Of a stretch of 64,000 nt of DNA, positions 54,201 to 63,776 are shown piece after piece. Source of the stretch: Stegostoma tigrinum. Taxonomy: Eukaryota. Location of the stretch: contig NC_081386.1 of NCBI RefSeq assembly GCF_030684315.1, forward strand, positions 17,803,914 through 17,867,913, in the 5' to 3' direction. Below the pieces are notes generated by a model. It worked only from the letters and a program-made list of their open reading frames with translations, made no database searches and was not told where the DNA came from. Numbering within the stretch: position 1 is the first letter of the stretch; each line of letters opens with the position of its first letter. Position numbers and translations under genes: made by a program.

Positions 54201-57200
54201 CAAGGCTTAGCTGTCCCAAACAAATTCCACACCACCTCTGGGTCAAAAACAGCAATACTGTGACAATAAAACTATTACAAAGTCTCTGTAAAGCATGGTG
54301 ACCAAGAAATGTGACATGGTTATAAATAATAATCAAAAATTGTGGTTGACAGAAAATAAATACATTCACAAATAATTACTTGTGCGGTTTTGATGCTGCA
54401 TTTGTTTAATAATGCTGTTTCATGGGTTCCTGACCTGTTTGCAATAAATCTCTGCACTGCTGCTGACTTGCTTCTAAACTTCGAGTCAGTCCATTAATTA
54501 TTTCTGCTTTCTCCAACTTAGCTGCTTCTTGTTGTCTTTCCAACTGTTTGACTTGTTCCTGAAGTTGCTTACAATTCTCTTGCTGACAGAAGTCATTAAA
54601 GAGAAAAAAGGAAGTTTAATCATCATTTAACATTTTGAACTTAGCAGATGACTCTCAAACATAGATGACTGTAAACTCAGCACACACAAAATTCATTTTG
54701 CAAGATATCATTTTTTTTTAAAAAGTATGGTATTTAGAAGATGTACACAAACATTTCATATGTTTTAGTTCACAAAATTCAGGCTTACTTTCCTTTTTAC
54801 TGTGTCCCAGAACGTACATTGAAAAACATTCCCTTTTATTGCTCTATCCAATCGTCTGTCTATGTTATTTGAAAGAATATATTTTTAAAACAGGCAATTT
54901 TTTAATCAGGCAAACTTGTACAATAATTGCAGCAGTGCAGTACTAAACTTCACAATCAAATGAGCTAACTTCTAACCTGTTCTTCCAAAGCAATGCTTGT
55001 TGCACCAAGTGACTGCTGCATGACCAAGATTGATTCCTCATGTTTCTGCTTGAGTGCATAAATTATAGTTTCATGCTGCTCTTTGACACGAGTGAGAGAT
55101 TCTGAGCGACTGAGCTCAGACAGCTGTTGTTGCATACTTTCCATGGCTGCCTCAGCAATCTTCTCGTTCTTTATCGCCTGCAGTGAAATCCCAGCAACAT
55201 GTATAATTGAGCAGATTATAAAATAATGATTCAGATTCAAAAGCACAAAGCTAAATTCCACTGGGACAATATAAGCAGAGGATTTTACACATTGCTGCTG
55301 TTACTCAAGAATAGTACGGTATGGTCCTCTGGGGAAGTACAAATTTACCTCTTCTGCCAATCTCAACGAGGATACAGGCAGTCAAACTGTGATTCAAATC
55401 TTCTAGCAATGACAATCAAGTATGGTCACAGTAAAGGCTGATGCCTGACAGTTCATTACATTTATGAAGGAGCAAATTTAATAGCATGAAGTACATCAAA
55501 CTTGAATGAGAACAAGTCACAGGAAACCAGGTCAAGAGTTTATGCCTTTCCAGGTAACGGTCCCAAAAACAAATTGTTTTACATGCAATACTGTGTTTCT
55601 TTCTGCCCAAAGAGGTTAGTAGTAGTAAATATTTGCAATCTTATAAAATATTTTGACTATATAAAACGTAAATAGAATGGAACAGTGATTTAAGGATTTT
55701 CAGTTCCAGAATCTTAACTTAGCTCAGCCCCATTGGGTGCATTTATAAGTGGGCCAATGTACAATGTGGTTTATATATCTCAAACTAAATTTCTAGCAAG
55801 AATAGGATCATATCATAAAAATTGCTCTGTCTTTAGTAATTTCACTCAAAGGCCTGAAAGTGATAAGTTGGCAATGAAAGCAAATAAATAAAATGTCTTA
55901 CTGACGCAATAGAACTGGTAGCCAGAGATAGAGCTGTGGCAGAAGATGGGACAAAGTAGAGGAGATTTTCCTCGGAATCCAGTAACAAGTGCCACGCTAA
56001 TACTGGATGCCAGAAATGAAAAAGTACTGACTCCAGCATTAACAACCCAACAGAATAAAACAAAGGAAAGTTAGATCTTGAGGACTATGAATAGAGATAA
56101 AACCTAAAAAGGGACCATATACATTTAACCTTAAATACTAACAATGGCCTGTATTTTGCCAAAGCAACAATAGTGCTATCAGTATTTGTCATCACTCCTC
56201 AAAAACTGATAGCTATCTCCGATATCCAAGTGCAGAAATCCAGAATTGCTTTCTGTAATACCGTACTTCTCCACAAACTGCGCAGTTGAACTCCATGAGG
56301 TGCACAATCAGCTGTGACAAGAATCACTAAGAGCCTCTCTTTTCATGTCAGAATGGCTGTTAATTTCCCTGAAACGTCTTTTTTGGAATATGTGTACCTG
56401 GGTTGCTAAAATCATTCAGACTGGTGGTGAAAAATTGTTGCAGCCCTGTGAAACCAATCCTTCACAAGGGAATGTAAATCATTTTCATCATACAGTTTAA
56501 AAATGCAATTTTAAAAAACTAACATTTTTCAAGCTTGATTTTCAGCTTCAATAAATTTCATGTTCTAATCATAATTATTTTACAGAGAACAAAATAATTA
56601 GAAAAGTAAAAATTAGTCTGTCATGTGAGACTAAATCAAAGCTATTGGCTGCTTGGGCAGACCGACAACATCACTTTTTGGGTGTCAGGGTATCCTGTAT
56701 TGTGAATCAAGCAACAAGTCATGTCAAGAAAGTAGCATTCAATTCCAGAGAGATCATTAGATCTCCATAGGCAGATAAGTAATTGCTGTGACTTTGCCGT
56801 CAGCGGCAAAGCAAAGGTTGTTATTATATTTAATTGTGAATGTTATTGTTATGTAGTTAAAACAGCAATCATTTTGGCTTAAGATTGGAACAGCAACGAG
56901 ATTAACATCTGCTTTTTGAACAATACCATAGGATATTTAGTGTTCATATGAAAAGCTTAATATTATTTCTAAAGACAAATTTAGACAACATTTCATTGCA
57001 TCAATACGTGCACAAATCTCAGTGAGGCTTGAATGCATAAATAACATTAGCTTCACTCTGTTGACAGTATTCATACAATATAACCACACCACCATTTTGC
57101 ACATTTTAGCTGTGCAGACAGCGCACATTCATATCTGAACAACTACATAATTAAACTTATGAAAAATTGCATGATTCTATCATTACATAAAATCAAGTGT

Positions 57201-60200
57201 ACACAATCACATAATCCTTTAGCATCACAGAGAATTTCCTCATTCAGTGCCCAGACATACTTGATCATCTAAGTTTAGCAAATGTCAAAAGGGAAGTGGT
57301 GAGGCAGAATACTTGTAAGAGAACAACTGGAATTCATTAAAAGATCATAATTAGGATGGTTCTTTTAGTCACAGGTCGAGCTTCTCATTTTCCCATAATT
57401 CTCTCGTGTCTAGACATCCTCCATAAATCTCAAATTCGAGAACTGGAGAATAGCCAATGCAGTACCATTATAGGGATAAACTAGGGAATTACAAGTCATT
57501 GACAAACATCAGAAATAGGGAAATTAATTGAAAAGAATTGAGGGATTGAATTAATTTCCACTTGGAAAGAAAAGAGTAATCAGGAATAGTCAGAATGGCT
57601 TTTTCATGGGGGTGTTGGGGGAAAAGAGATCATGTCTGGTAGATACAGTTGAGTTTTTCCAAGGAGGTGAATAGCTGTGTGGTTGAGAGAAGTGCAGCGC
57701 ATGTATCTACACTGACTTTCAGCAAGGCTTTTGATGAAGTGTCACAAGGGACGCTGGTCAAGGCAGTAAGACCTTGGGGGATCCAGGGCAACTTGACAAA
57801 CTGGATCCAAAAGTGACTCAGTTGCAGAAGACAGAAGATGTCAGTTAAAGGCTGTTTTTGTTATTAGAAGCTTGTGTCTAGTGTCATACTGCAACGTTTA
57901 GTGTTAGATCCATTGTTGTTTGTACCATAAACTAGTGAACTTGACATGAATGTTGGAGGTTTGGTTAGCAAGCTCAAAGATCCTACCATAAATTGGCGGT
58001 GTGGTAAATAGCGAGGAGGAAAGATACAGGAAGAGGACAAATGGAATTTAATCCTGAAAAAAAGAGGAGAGATGATGCATTTTGGGAGGTTTAATAAGGC
58101 ATGGGAAGTACACAATGAATGGCAAGGCCCTACGAAATTCAGAGAAACCTTAGTTTGCACGTCCACAGATTCTTGAAGGCAACAAGACAGATTGATAAAA
58201 ATGGCTAAGAAGGCATGTGGGATACTTGCCTTTATTGTGAAGGCATTACATACAACAGCAGGGACCTTAAGGTAAATGTGTACAAAGGTAGAGTTAGGCT
58301 ACAGCTGGAGTATTGTTTGCAGTTCAAGTTGCTACATTGGAGGACGTGATTGCACTACAGAAGGTGCAGAGGCAACTCACCAGGATACTGCTGGGCTGGA
58401 CCATTCCAGCTATGGAAAGACTAGATAGACTGGGGTTATTTTAATTAAAGAGGAGAATGCAGAGGCGACCAGCACACGTACATATACACACCTTATTGAG
58501 CACAAAATTATGAGGCATGTGGATAGGGTACACAGGAAAAGATGTTTCCCTGTAATAGACTGGTCAATACCAGGGGGCATATGATTTAAGTAAAGAGGGT
58601 GTTAGCTATCTGGAATTCATGGCCAGAAAGGGTAGCAGAGGCAGGAACCATTACATTTAAGTTGTATTTAGATGATCGCTTGAAGCGCCATAGGTTACAA
58701 GGCTACAGACCATATGCTAGAAAATAGACTAGAGTGGATAGGTGCTTGGTGGCTGCTGCAGACATGATAAGCAGATGGACCTTCTTCCGTGTTGTAAAAC
58801 TCTGACTCCAGTTTCTGGGGATAAAGATTAAAACATGAACCAAAGTTTTGTGCTAAATTATTTGACAGAGTTCCATTATCTTGAGGGATAAGAAACGTTC
58901 TTTACACATCAAATCTTGCTTCAATTCCTTTTTAAAGAAATATAAAATTGGCAAAATGTGAACATTCAATCACTATTTAGTTATCCTGATTTGATGTCTG
59001 CATTAGTGTTTAATTTATTGCAGTTAAGCACAAGGATGTACAGAGTCACAGATATCAAGAAAACAAAACTCTTTGTACTTGCCTCTTCCTCACTGGCACT
59101 CAAGTCTTGAACTCTGGACTCCAATGCTTTAATTTGGCCTTCCAGCTGAACTTCACGTTCTTTTGCATCTTGAAGTAACTTCTGCAACTCCTGACAACTA
59201 ATAGCTACACCATCTTTTTCACCTGTAAGACACCAGAGTTTAGTGAAAAATGGTTTACTTCCTTTCCATTTACATTACAATTTGCAGTGTTAGTGGCATA
59301 TTCACCTCAATTAGTAACACAGCAAACAGACTGGCAGCTAAACTCCATGGTTCAATTACACAATCTATGCATGCCATTGTCATATTGCATAACTGTTGCA
59401 TTACGGCAGCTGTTTTAATGAATGGAATATTATAATAATGCTCCACCTATTCTGGTGAAAAATAGCTTCCATATTTAAAGTTAAATATTTCTCCCTGTGT
59501 CCTGGCCAACAGTCACCCCACAACCAACACCACTGAATAATAAAATTACGTGATACCAGTCTTGTTTACAAAACCTTAAAAAAAATGCTTGGTGTTTTTG
59601 CCTATACTTCCAAAACAACAGTGTTAATACTTCACAAGTAATTAAATCAACTCGAAGTTTTTGAATGTCCTATGTCTTACACATACAAGTTCTGTTTTGC
59701 TCGTGTCTCCACATAAAATAATGGACTGTTCATGGGATATTCTCTTCAACCCCTTTAACTAACCTGAACATTTACAGTAATATTACCAAACTGATATAGT
59801 GTCTAAAATCATTTCGCAGCTAGAAACACTATGTAAAGATTCTGTACTTCTTCGAGTTTAACACTATTAAGAATATTACCAATTAAATGAGAACACCTAT
59901 CATTTAAATGGAGCAGTAACAGTATACCTTACACCTCCTGAGATTTAGGCACTGTTACATTACCTTTTGTCATTGCAAGCTGGTGATTCAAATATCTGAT
60001 GTCACGGGCAAACTCTTCCTGTTTGTGCTGCATTTCCTCTAACTGCCTTCCCCGTGCATTGTAAAGTATCTGTAACTGTGCAAACTGATGTGTTTCTGTA
60101 GAACAAAGATAACATTCAATTAAAAAGGAGCAAAATAGTAAAGCAAAAGACTTTTGAAAATTTATTGCAAAAAAGACTCATGTAAAACAGAATTAAAAAT

Positions 60201-62142
60201 ATCTTCATTAATAACTACACAATATATCAAACCATTTTTATAGGAAAATTCACATTTATACAAAATATGTTAGTTGCTATGCTGGCACAAATATTTGTAG
60301 GATCAGTAGATCTACCTCAGCTGAGATCACCAAAAACACCACAAGGAATAGAACATGCATGAAAAGAACAACTATCCTAGAAATCTAGCAAACAAACACC
60401 ATCAGTATTTTATGTAATAAAATCTGAAGTAAAATACTATAGTTGCTAGAATGCAAGTTTATAGATAGTTAAAATTATTTAAAATTTGCAAATCCGAAAT
60501 ATTCATTACCCTAACCTGTTTAATACAGGTAACATTCCTATTAAAGCAATTAAACCTTTAAAAAAAATTAACAATGAACAGCAAGTCAAGCTTGTCACAA
60601 TGTAAGCTGTATGACTGAAGAGCACCAATAAAGGTTAGATTCTCGTTAAGAGACTTTTAGAAGTTGCTGGAAAAGCTCAGCAGGTCTGGCAGCATCTATG
60701 AAGAAAAATCAGAGTTAACGTTTTAGGTCCAGTGACCCTTCCTCAGAAGGAGGAAGCAACTTCTGCTTTTGTTTGATATACAGCATCCAGTTTTCATTAA
60801 GAGACTTAACAGTCAACAAATACACTCTCCAATATGTTTGAGTTCAGTAAATGAGATGAACTTACCATAGAATATGTTCACACTACATTCGGAACACATT
60901 ACAACTAAAATTAGTGCACTGCTTGCAGGCCAAACAACAAGTGAAAGACAGAGCGAAGCAATCTCACAACCAGTAGATCAGATCTAAGATCTGCAGTCCT
61001 GCTACATACGGTCGTGATTAGCAGTGGACAATTAAACGACTCACTGGAGTCAGCCAGAAGTGTGGAGCAGATGATCTACCTTAGCCTCTTCCAATGGTTC
61101 CCAGCCTCACAGATGCCAGTCTTCAGCCAATTCTACTCACTCCGTGTGATATCAAGAAACAGTTAGCAGTTAGAAACAGCACTAGATACTGCAAAGACTA
61201 CGAGCCCTGATAACATTCCAGCAACAGAACTGAAGGTGCTTCAGAATTTACTGCAGATCTAGCTAGCAACCTGATCAGGGAGGGAGGATTCTACGAAGAA
61301 TTGCACTTTAAATAAAATTGCATCCTAAGTTTAGCTTCTATCCTAATATGTTTAATAATCTAAAAAGAAAGTTTTTTTTTAAAAAGGGTGAAGGACAAGT
61401 CCTTTAACCATCCAGATTTGCTATGTGTGAACACTTGAGTCAATTAGTTGTCAACCCGCTCACTGATACCAGTGCTGCTGAAAACCCAAGACAAACAAAC
61501 ATTTAATACATGGTTTAAACTACCTTTTAAAGCAGAAATTCACAATGCAAATTACTAGTTCTTTGTTGGCAGCTTTCTTTCAGATACCCTGACTTCTTCG
61601 CTGACAAAATTCCATCTGACAACAAAAAAAGTGATGTCTAACATGATGGTAGCAGGTTGAATTGTTCAATGTCCCAATCCACCAAAAAGGAAATATATTT
61701 GCAAAAGGTCTTCACAAAGGCAGCAAAACAGATGGCTTTTAAACATTTGACAAATTGTTTCCTCCTGTTCCCTCCATGAGAGTCATAACTAATCTATAAG
61801 TAAATAAATATTTACTTGTCAACAGCTAAGCAGTTCCTCCCATTCTTTCCAGAACTCATTTGCAAAAACTGAACTGTCAAAATTGGTATATCTATCAATC
61901 CACAATTATATTATGTTAAACAAGATAATTAAATAGCAGAAAATATAGACAATCAGAAGTAACTGCTTACCTTCCCCACTATCCAAGAATTTGCTCTGCA
62001 TTTGTTCAAACCTGTTGTCTAAACTTTTTGTTTCATCTGGGTTAAAAGCCCCTTTAGGTGGATGAACAGCAGGGTAAGGGTTATACTTCACTTTGTATAG
62101 TTCCAAGGTTTCATTAGAAATATTTTCATTTGCAATAAAATG
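16667..62142 (-). CDS. CEP152: Centrosomal protein 152 (Asterless homologue), 23 coding exons in window, 5' end outside window
   Basis: Exons join with consistent phases to 5052 nt. Peptides match remembered vertebrate CEP152 motifs: [114 protein letters not shown], terminal [10 protein letters not shown]. Confidence 0.95.
18230..20110 (-). mobile_element. Older Penelope-like element in the last CEP152 intron, split by a SINE
   Basis: [48 protein letters not shown]; decayed hammerhead-like tail at about 18297-18333. Confidence 0.85.
19435..19709 (-). mobile_element. HE1/V-SINE-like tRNA-derived SINE inserted in the Penelope element
   Basis: GGCACGGTGGCTCAGTGGTTAGCACTG A-box head, V-domain-like tgtggagtttgcacattctccccgtgtctg, CR1-like tail gggattctatg. 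Confidence 0.85.
20875..20981 (-). CDS. CEP152: CEP152 exon ([35 protein letters not shown])
   Basis: tttcag acceptor, G|GTTAGT donor; 107 nt. Confidence 0.93.
21407..21504 (-). mobile_element. 98-bp Penelope-tail insertion with about 21-bp TSD
   Basis: Same family as the 2000-2062 tail; flanks cctatgaggtacagagaactg (21386-21406) and cctaaaaaggtacagagaactg (21505-21526). Confidence 0.8.
21800..21987. repeat. Fold-back (inverted) Penelope-tail element
   Basis: ctgagataacaaggtgtagagctggatgaacacagcaggccaag (21823-66) pairs with 21944-87; arms of about 75 bp meet in a hammerhead stem II remnant. Confidence 0.85.
22325..22481 (-). CDS. CEP152: CEP152 exon ([44 protein letters not shown]...)
   Basis: gtgcag acceptor, GG|GTAAAA donor; 157 nt; highly conserved motif. 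Confidence 0.93.
22520..22750 (+). mobile_element. Decayed tRNA-derived SINE
   Basis: tggtattatcactggaccattaatccag...cctgggtttgaaat A/B-box-like head followed by ggtgaaatttgaattcaataaa. Confidence 0.5.
22860..24560 (-). mobile_element. Old CR1 LINE ORF2 remnant
   Basis: On -: [15 protein letters not shown]-like RT motif near 23320-23365 and ttgctgatgatacaaag (ADDTK) near 23090. Confidence 0.6.
23953..24145. repeat. Fold-back Penelope-tail element (second family)
   Basis: caaaaacaaagttgctgtaaaagctcagcagg...aacgtt pairs with aacgttaac...cctgctgagcttttatggcaactttgtttttg. Confidence 0.8.
25134..25237 (-). CDS. CEP152: CEP152 exon ([34 protein letters not shown])
   Basis: ttttag acceptor (phase 2), G|GTGATT donor; 104 nt. 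Confidence 0.85.
26327..27083 (+). mobile_element. Candidate Gypsy-type solo LTR
   Basis: TGTTA...TAACA inverted termini, 757 bp, AATAAA at 26920-25; no matching TSD. Confidence 0.45.
27610..27934 (+). mobile_element. HE1/V-SINE-like SINE
   Basis: agtggttagcactgctgcctcacag head, ggtttgattcc B box, V-domain-like core, tail gggattctatgatctatga. Confidence 0.85.
28153..28252 (-). CDS. CEP152: CEP152 exon ([33 protein letters not shown])
   Basis: tttcag acceptor, TG|GTATGT donor; 100 nt. Confidence 0.82.
29839..30018 (-). CDS. CEP152: CEP152 exon ([20 protein letters not shown]...[18 protein letters not shown]...HLK)
   Basis: ttacag acceptor, G|GTCAGT donor; 180 nt. Confidence 0.88.
31538..31718 (-). 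CDS. CEP152: CEP152 exon ([21 protein letters not shown]...QSEAKY)
   Basis: tttcag acceptor, G|GTATTT donor; 181 nt; needed to bridge phase 0 to 1. Confidence 0.8.
32283..33075. mobile_element. Inverted pair of Penelope 3' ends (GIY-YIG plus tail), third family
   Basis: - arm encodes [41 protein letters not shown]; + arm from about 32735 encodes [28 protein letters not shown]; tails ctgatgtcacc..gcatggtgatgaa on both arms. Confidence 0.8.
33555..34196 (-). CDS. CEP152: CEP152 large exon ([14 protein letters not shown]...[10 protein letters not shown])
   Basis: ctacag acceptor, GAG|GTAATG donor; 642 nt; contains the conserved [39 protein letters not shown]. Confidence 0.92.
34734..34865 (-). 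CDS. CEP152: CEP152 exon ([44 protein letters not shown])
   Basis: ttttag acceptor, CAG|GTAAAT donor; 132 nt. Confidence 0.9.
36085..36705 (-). mobile_element. Rex1/Babar-clade LINE 3' fragment
   Basis: [28 protein letters not shown] and LLPLPLGKR resemble the Rex1 C-terminus (IYxxRCxxKAxxIIKDPxHP..LLPSGRRY). Confidence 0.6.
36253..36460 (+). repeat. Pure-purine G-run/GGA low-complexity tract
   Basis: About 205 nt of only G and A; repeated (G)9-15 runs separated by AGGAGGA-type spacers. Confidence 0.95.
36998..37288 (-). CDS. CEP152: CEP152 exon ([17 protein letters not shown]...[13 protein letters not shown])
   Basis: tgttag acceptor, CTG|GTAAGA donor; 291 nt. Confidence 0.9.
38111..38302 (-). 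CDS. CEP152: CEP152 exon, symmetric 64 aa ([25 protein letters not shown]...[11 protein letters not shown])
   Basis: tttcag acceptor, AAA|GTGATC donor; open coiled-coil-like frame; 192 nt, phase 0-0. Confidence 0.75.
38700..40103. mobile_element. Decayed Penelope-like element (fourth family) with inverted terminal tail copies
   Basis: GIY-YIG remnants on - ([15 protein letters not shown]; [22 protein letters not shown]); about 38700-38850 is inverted relative to about 39925-40065. Confidence 0.7.
40190..42170 (+). mobile_element. Old Penelope-like element
   Basis: [14 protein letters not shown] (RT); [26 protein letters not shown] (GIY-YIG); tail ctgaagaaggatcacaggacttgaaatgtta at about 41952-41982. 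Confidence 0.7.
42690..44510 (-). mobile_element. Deleted CR1 LINE (3' tail fused to APE/ORF1 region) with an internal inverted duplication
   Basis: CR1 tail at 42700-43390; gtaatcctgagagcatcact and ccagggagacaacacaccatcc are homologous to ORF1 of the 8935-12100 copy. Confidence 0.65.
45326..45461 (-). CDS. CEP152: CEP152 exon ([28 protein letters not shown]...TEQE)
   Basis: caccag acceptor, GAA|GTTAGT donor; 136 nt. Confidence 0.9.
45770..45935. repeat. Partially folded-back Penelope-tail insertion
   Basis: aagttgctggaaaag..gagttaacgtttcgggtccggtgaccctt followed by inverted cttttccagcaactt..gttcctgattt. Confidence 0.7.
46183..46311 (-). CDS. CEP152: CEP152 exon ([31 protein letters not shown]...)
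   Basis: ttgtag acceptor, AA|GTGAGT donor; 129 nt, phase 2 to 2. Confidence 0.9.
46507..46637 (-). CDS. CEP152: CEP152 exon (DKQQQIEKL...[23 protein letters not shown])
   Basis: ctgtag acceptor, AG|GTACAA donor; 131 nt. Confidence 0.9.
46750..46878 (-). CDS. CEP152: CEP152 exon ([43 protein letters not shown])
   Basis: attcag acceptor, GAG|GTGAAA donor; 129 nt. Confidence 0.85.
48070..48870. mobile_element. CR1 3' fragment (+, about 48070-48420) followed by another LINE 3' end (-, about 48430-48870)
   Basis: ggcaactttttcacacagagggtagtg..tggaaggagttgcca (CR1); cccttgagaaggtgg..ttcttgaactgctgcagtcc tail related to about 53820-53930. Confidence 0.6.
48995..49094 (-). mobile_element. Short Penelope-tail insertion
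   Basis: gagatagaaggaactgcagatgctggagaatccgagataataaggtgtagagctggatgaacacagcaggcc; ends at or just past the hammerhead cleavage site. Confidence 0.75.
49511..49721 (-). CDS. CEP152: CEP152 exon ([38 protein letters not shown]...ARSHE)
   Basis: The phase-correct acceptor is ttctctaag (AAG); GAG|GTCAGT donor; 211 nt. Confidence 0.85.
51919..52082 (-). CDS. CEP152: CEP152 exon ([19 protein letters not shown]...[18 protein letters not shown])
   Basis: cttcag acceptor, AG|GTAGAA donor; 164 nt. Confidence 0.9.
52460..53950 (+). mobile_element. Decayed LINE RT/3' region, clade uncertain
   Basis: GMLAVDCT (FADD-like) and MKYFPLA..LDTIQDE remnants; the same family appears at about 60890-61270. Confidence 0.55.
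53459..53703. repeat. Fold-back Penelope-tail element with 63-bp perfect arms
   Basis: 53459-53521 is the exact reverse complement of 53608-53670; two decayed hammerhead cores lie in the inner arms. Confidence 0.95.
53984..54075 (-). CDS. CEP152: CEP152 exon ([31 protein letters not shown])
   Basis: ttccag acceptor, CAG|GTTGTC donor; 92 nt. Confidence 0.9.
54435..54582 (-). CDS. CEP152: CEP152 exon ([49 protein letters not shown])
   Basis: tgtcag acceptor, G|GTCAGG donor; 148 nt. Confidence 0.9.
54977..55177 (-). CDS. CEP152: CEP152 exon ([28 protein letters not shown]...ALEEQ)
   Basis: ctgcag acceptor, CAG|GTTAGA donor; 201 nt. Confidence 0.9.
57440..58805 (+). mobile_element. Old CR1 LINE RT and 3' UTR
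   Basis: gactttcagcaaggcttttgatgaagtgtcaca, ctggagtattgtttgcagttc; tail gtaaaactctgact. Confidence 0.7.
59083..59222 (-). CDS. CEP152: CEP152 exon ([35 protein letters not shown]...SASEEE), GC donor
   Basis: ttacag acceptor; GAG|GCAAGT donor restores phase 0; 140 nt. Confidence 0.85.
59964..60095 (-). CDS. CEP152: CEP152 exon ([44 protein letters not shown])
   Basis: ctacag acceptor, G|GTAATG donor; 132 nt, phase 1 to 1. Confidence 0.9.
60657..60796 (-). mobile_element. Short Penelope-tail insertion with hammerhead-like core, 11-bp TSD
   Basis: ttaagagactt at 60646-56 and 60797-807; TTCTGAGGAAGGGTCACTGGACCTAAAACGTTAAC on - at about 60714-60748. Confidence 0.75.
61971..62142 (-). CDS. CEP152: CEP152 exon ([23 protein letters not shown]...FLDSGE), first in window
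   Basis: Polypyrimidine ttttccctgctttccttctacag acceptor, G|GTAAG donor; 172 nt, phase 0 to 1. Confidence 0.8.
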
Positions 62143-62914
62143 CTGTAGAAGGAAAGCAGGGAAAATGAAAGTGAAGTATGTAACAATTTTCTGTTGTAAC
62201 TACTAATACAAATACCAGCCAACAAATTTGACCATATTGTTCGTTAAATAATATTAATATGAACAAAAAATTGAATCCACAAAAGTACTTGGAGAATGCC
62301 TGAAATAACAACAGATGGTCAACTGGCTTGACTCAGAAGATCAACAAACAAAAACAGAGTAATCATAATTATATTATAACCAAAGGATGACTTGCCACCC
62401 AAGTTCCAAAGTTTAAAAAAAACTGGTTTGTAGGCACACAGACAACATTATTACTCTAAAACGTGTAGACGGAGGGTGAAACCAGTTTTACTTTTTTCTT
62501 AGCTGAGGCACTGGCAGTGGACATTTACTAGATTGGTATCTGTAACTAGCAGAATGTACTACAAAAGGAAAAACTGGACAGACTTTGCCTGTTTTCACAA
62601 TTGAAGAGTGACACTGATTTGATTGAAGCTTAAAACATCCCGAATAATCTTGACAAAGTGGACATAGTAAGAACATTTACTCTTATGGGTCAGTCAGAAA
62701 CAGTGACACTTAAAACTTAGGCTTGCCTTTTTAAGACAGAGATAAGAGGAACTTTACTTCTCCCAGAAGGTTGTTCTATTTTGGAACAATGCCACAGAAG
62801 GGGCTAAAGGCAGAGCAATTAAATATTTTTAAAAGGCAAAGTAGGCAGATTCTTGTTAGCCAATGGAATAAAAGGTAAATTAGTAGATAGAGGAGTATGT
62901 GGAATCTTGAGTAT

Positions 62915-63776
62915 GGTTATGACTCACTGGGCCAGAACACTGGAAACTGATCCCCGCTATTCTCATAATCAAAGATTGCCAAGTTCCCTGATTTAGCAGG
63001 CTTTCAGACCCATTGATAGAAAACATGGACCAAGTTTCTGTACTGAACAAGAATGACTATTTATTCCAAGTAATTACACTCCAGTGCAAAGATAAAACAG
63101 TTATAAACCATCAGCATATAACATGAATTAAAAACCCTAATCTCCTTATAAAACACATACACAGACAAAAAAAAAAGGCCATATGGCAGAGGGGAGAAAC
63201 TGGAAAGGCCGTTTTTGTTGCAAGATTCTATTACTAAGATTATCTTTATGAATCCTCTGTTGGCCAACACGTTGCCTTAGTTGTCTTCCTCCAGAAGCTT
63301 CCAGTGGTCGGTAAGACACGTGGTGAATGGTTAACTTATAAAAAGTACCTGACCTATAAGTTAAAAGTCCCAGTTTTATCTTTCCCACAACAGTTGTTAT
63401 AAGTTGGTTTTCTTCAAGTTTGAAGTGTATTTTGACTGCAAACAGAGAACCCACTTCTGAGCTGGGGAAAAAACTAAACACCTCTGTCTCTAACTTGTTC
63501 CCAACTCCAAGCATTTCAATTATCAGAAAACAAAGCAGACAGTTGTTGGCAGGCAAAAAGACTCAGTCATCAATAACTGGTCACTTGTCCATAGATGCGT
63601 CAACTTCTTGTGACCAATAAAATCTGCATCTGTACACCCCTTTGGCGGTTGTCAGCTTACTCACTTTCAGAACAGGCATCCATGCTTTCAAATACTAGTT
63701 TTAAAATAGCTCTTTCTCACTTCAGCCCACAGTTTTCTCAACACCACAAAATAAAAAAGACATGGTCTGCATAACA
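62915..63776 (-). mobile_element. Candidate solo LTR inserted in a CR1 3' tail
   Basis: (G)GTTATG...CATAACA inverted termini, tgg(g) on both flanks, AATAAA on - at 63060-65; CR1 tail (about 62640-62914 and 63777-63860) is continuous across the insert. Confidence 0.55.

Noticed and set aside
60861-60885. Strong donor ATG|GTAAGT suggesting a micro-exon
   Set aside because: The nearest AG gives 17 nt, which is not frame-preserving, and there is no good pyrimidine tract.
61524-61615. Possible extra 92-nt CEP152 exon (ttttttgttgtcag ... AAG|GTAGTT)
   Set aside because: Contains an in-frame TAA and breaks phase, while the flanking exons already join in frame. It could only be a poison exon, and nothing supports that.
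62126-62311. Upstream acceptor at 62300 extending the first in-window exon
   Set aside because: That frame differs from the CEP152 frame and ends in a stop. The acceptor at 62143-44 has the strong pyrimidine tract.
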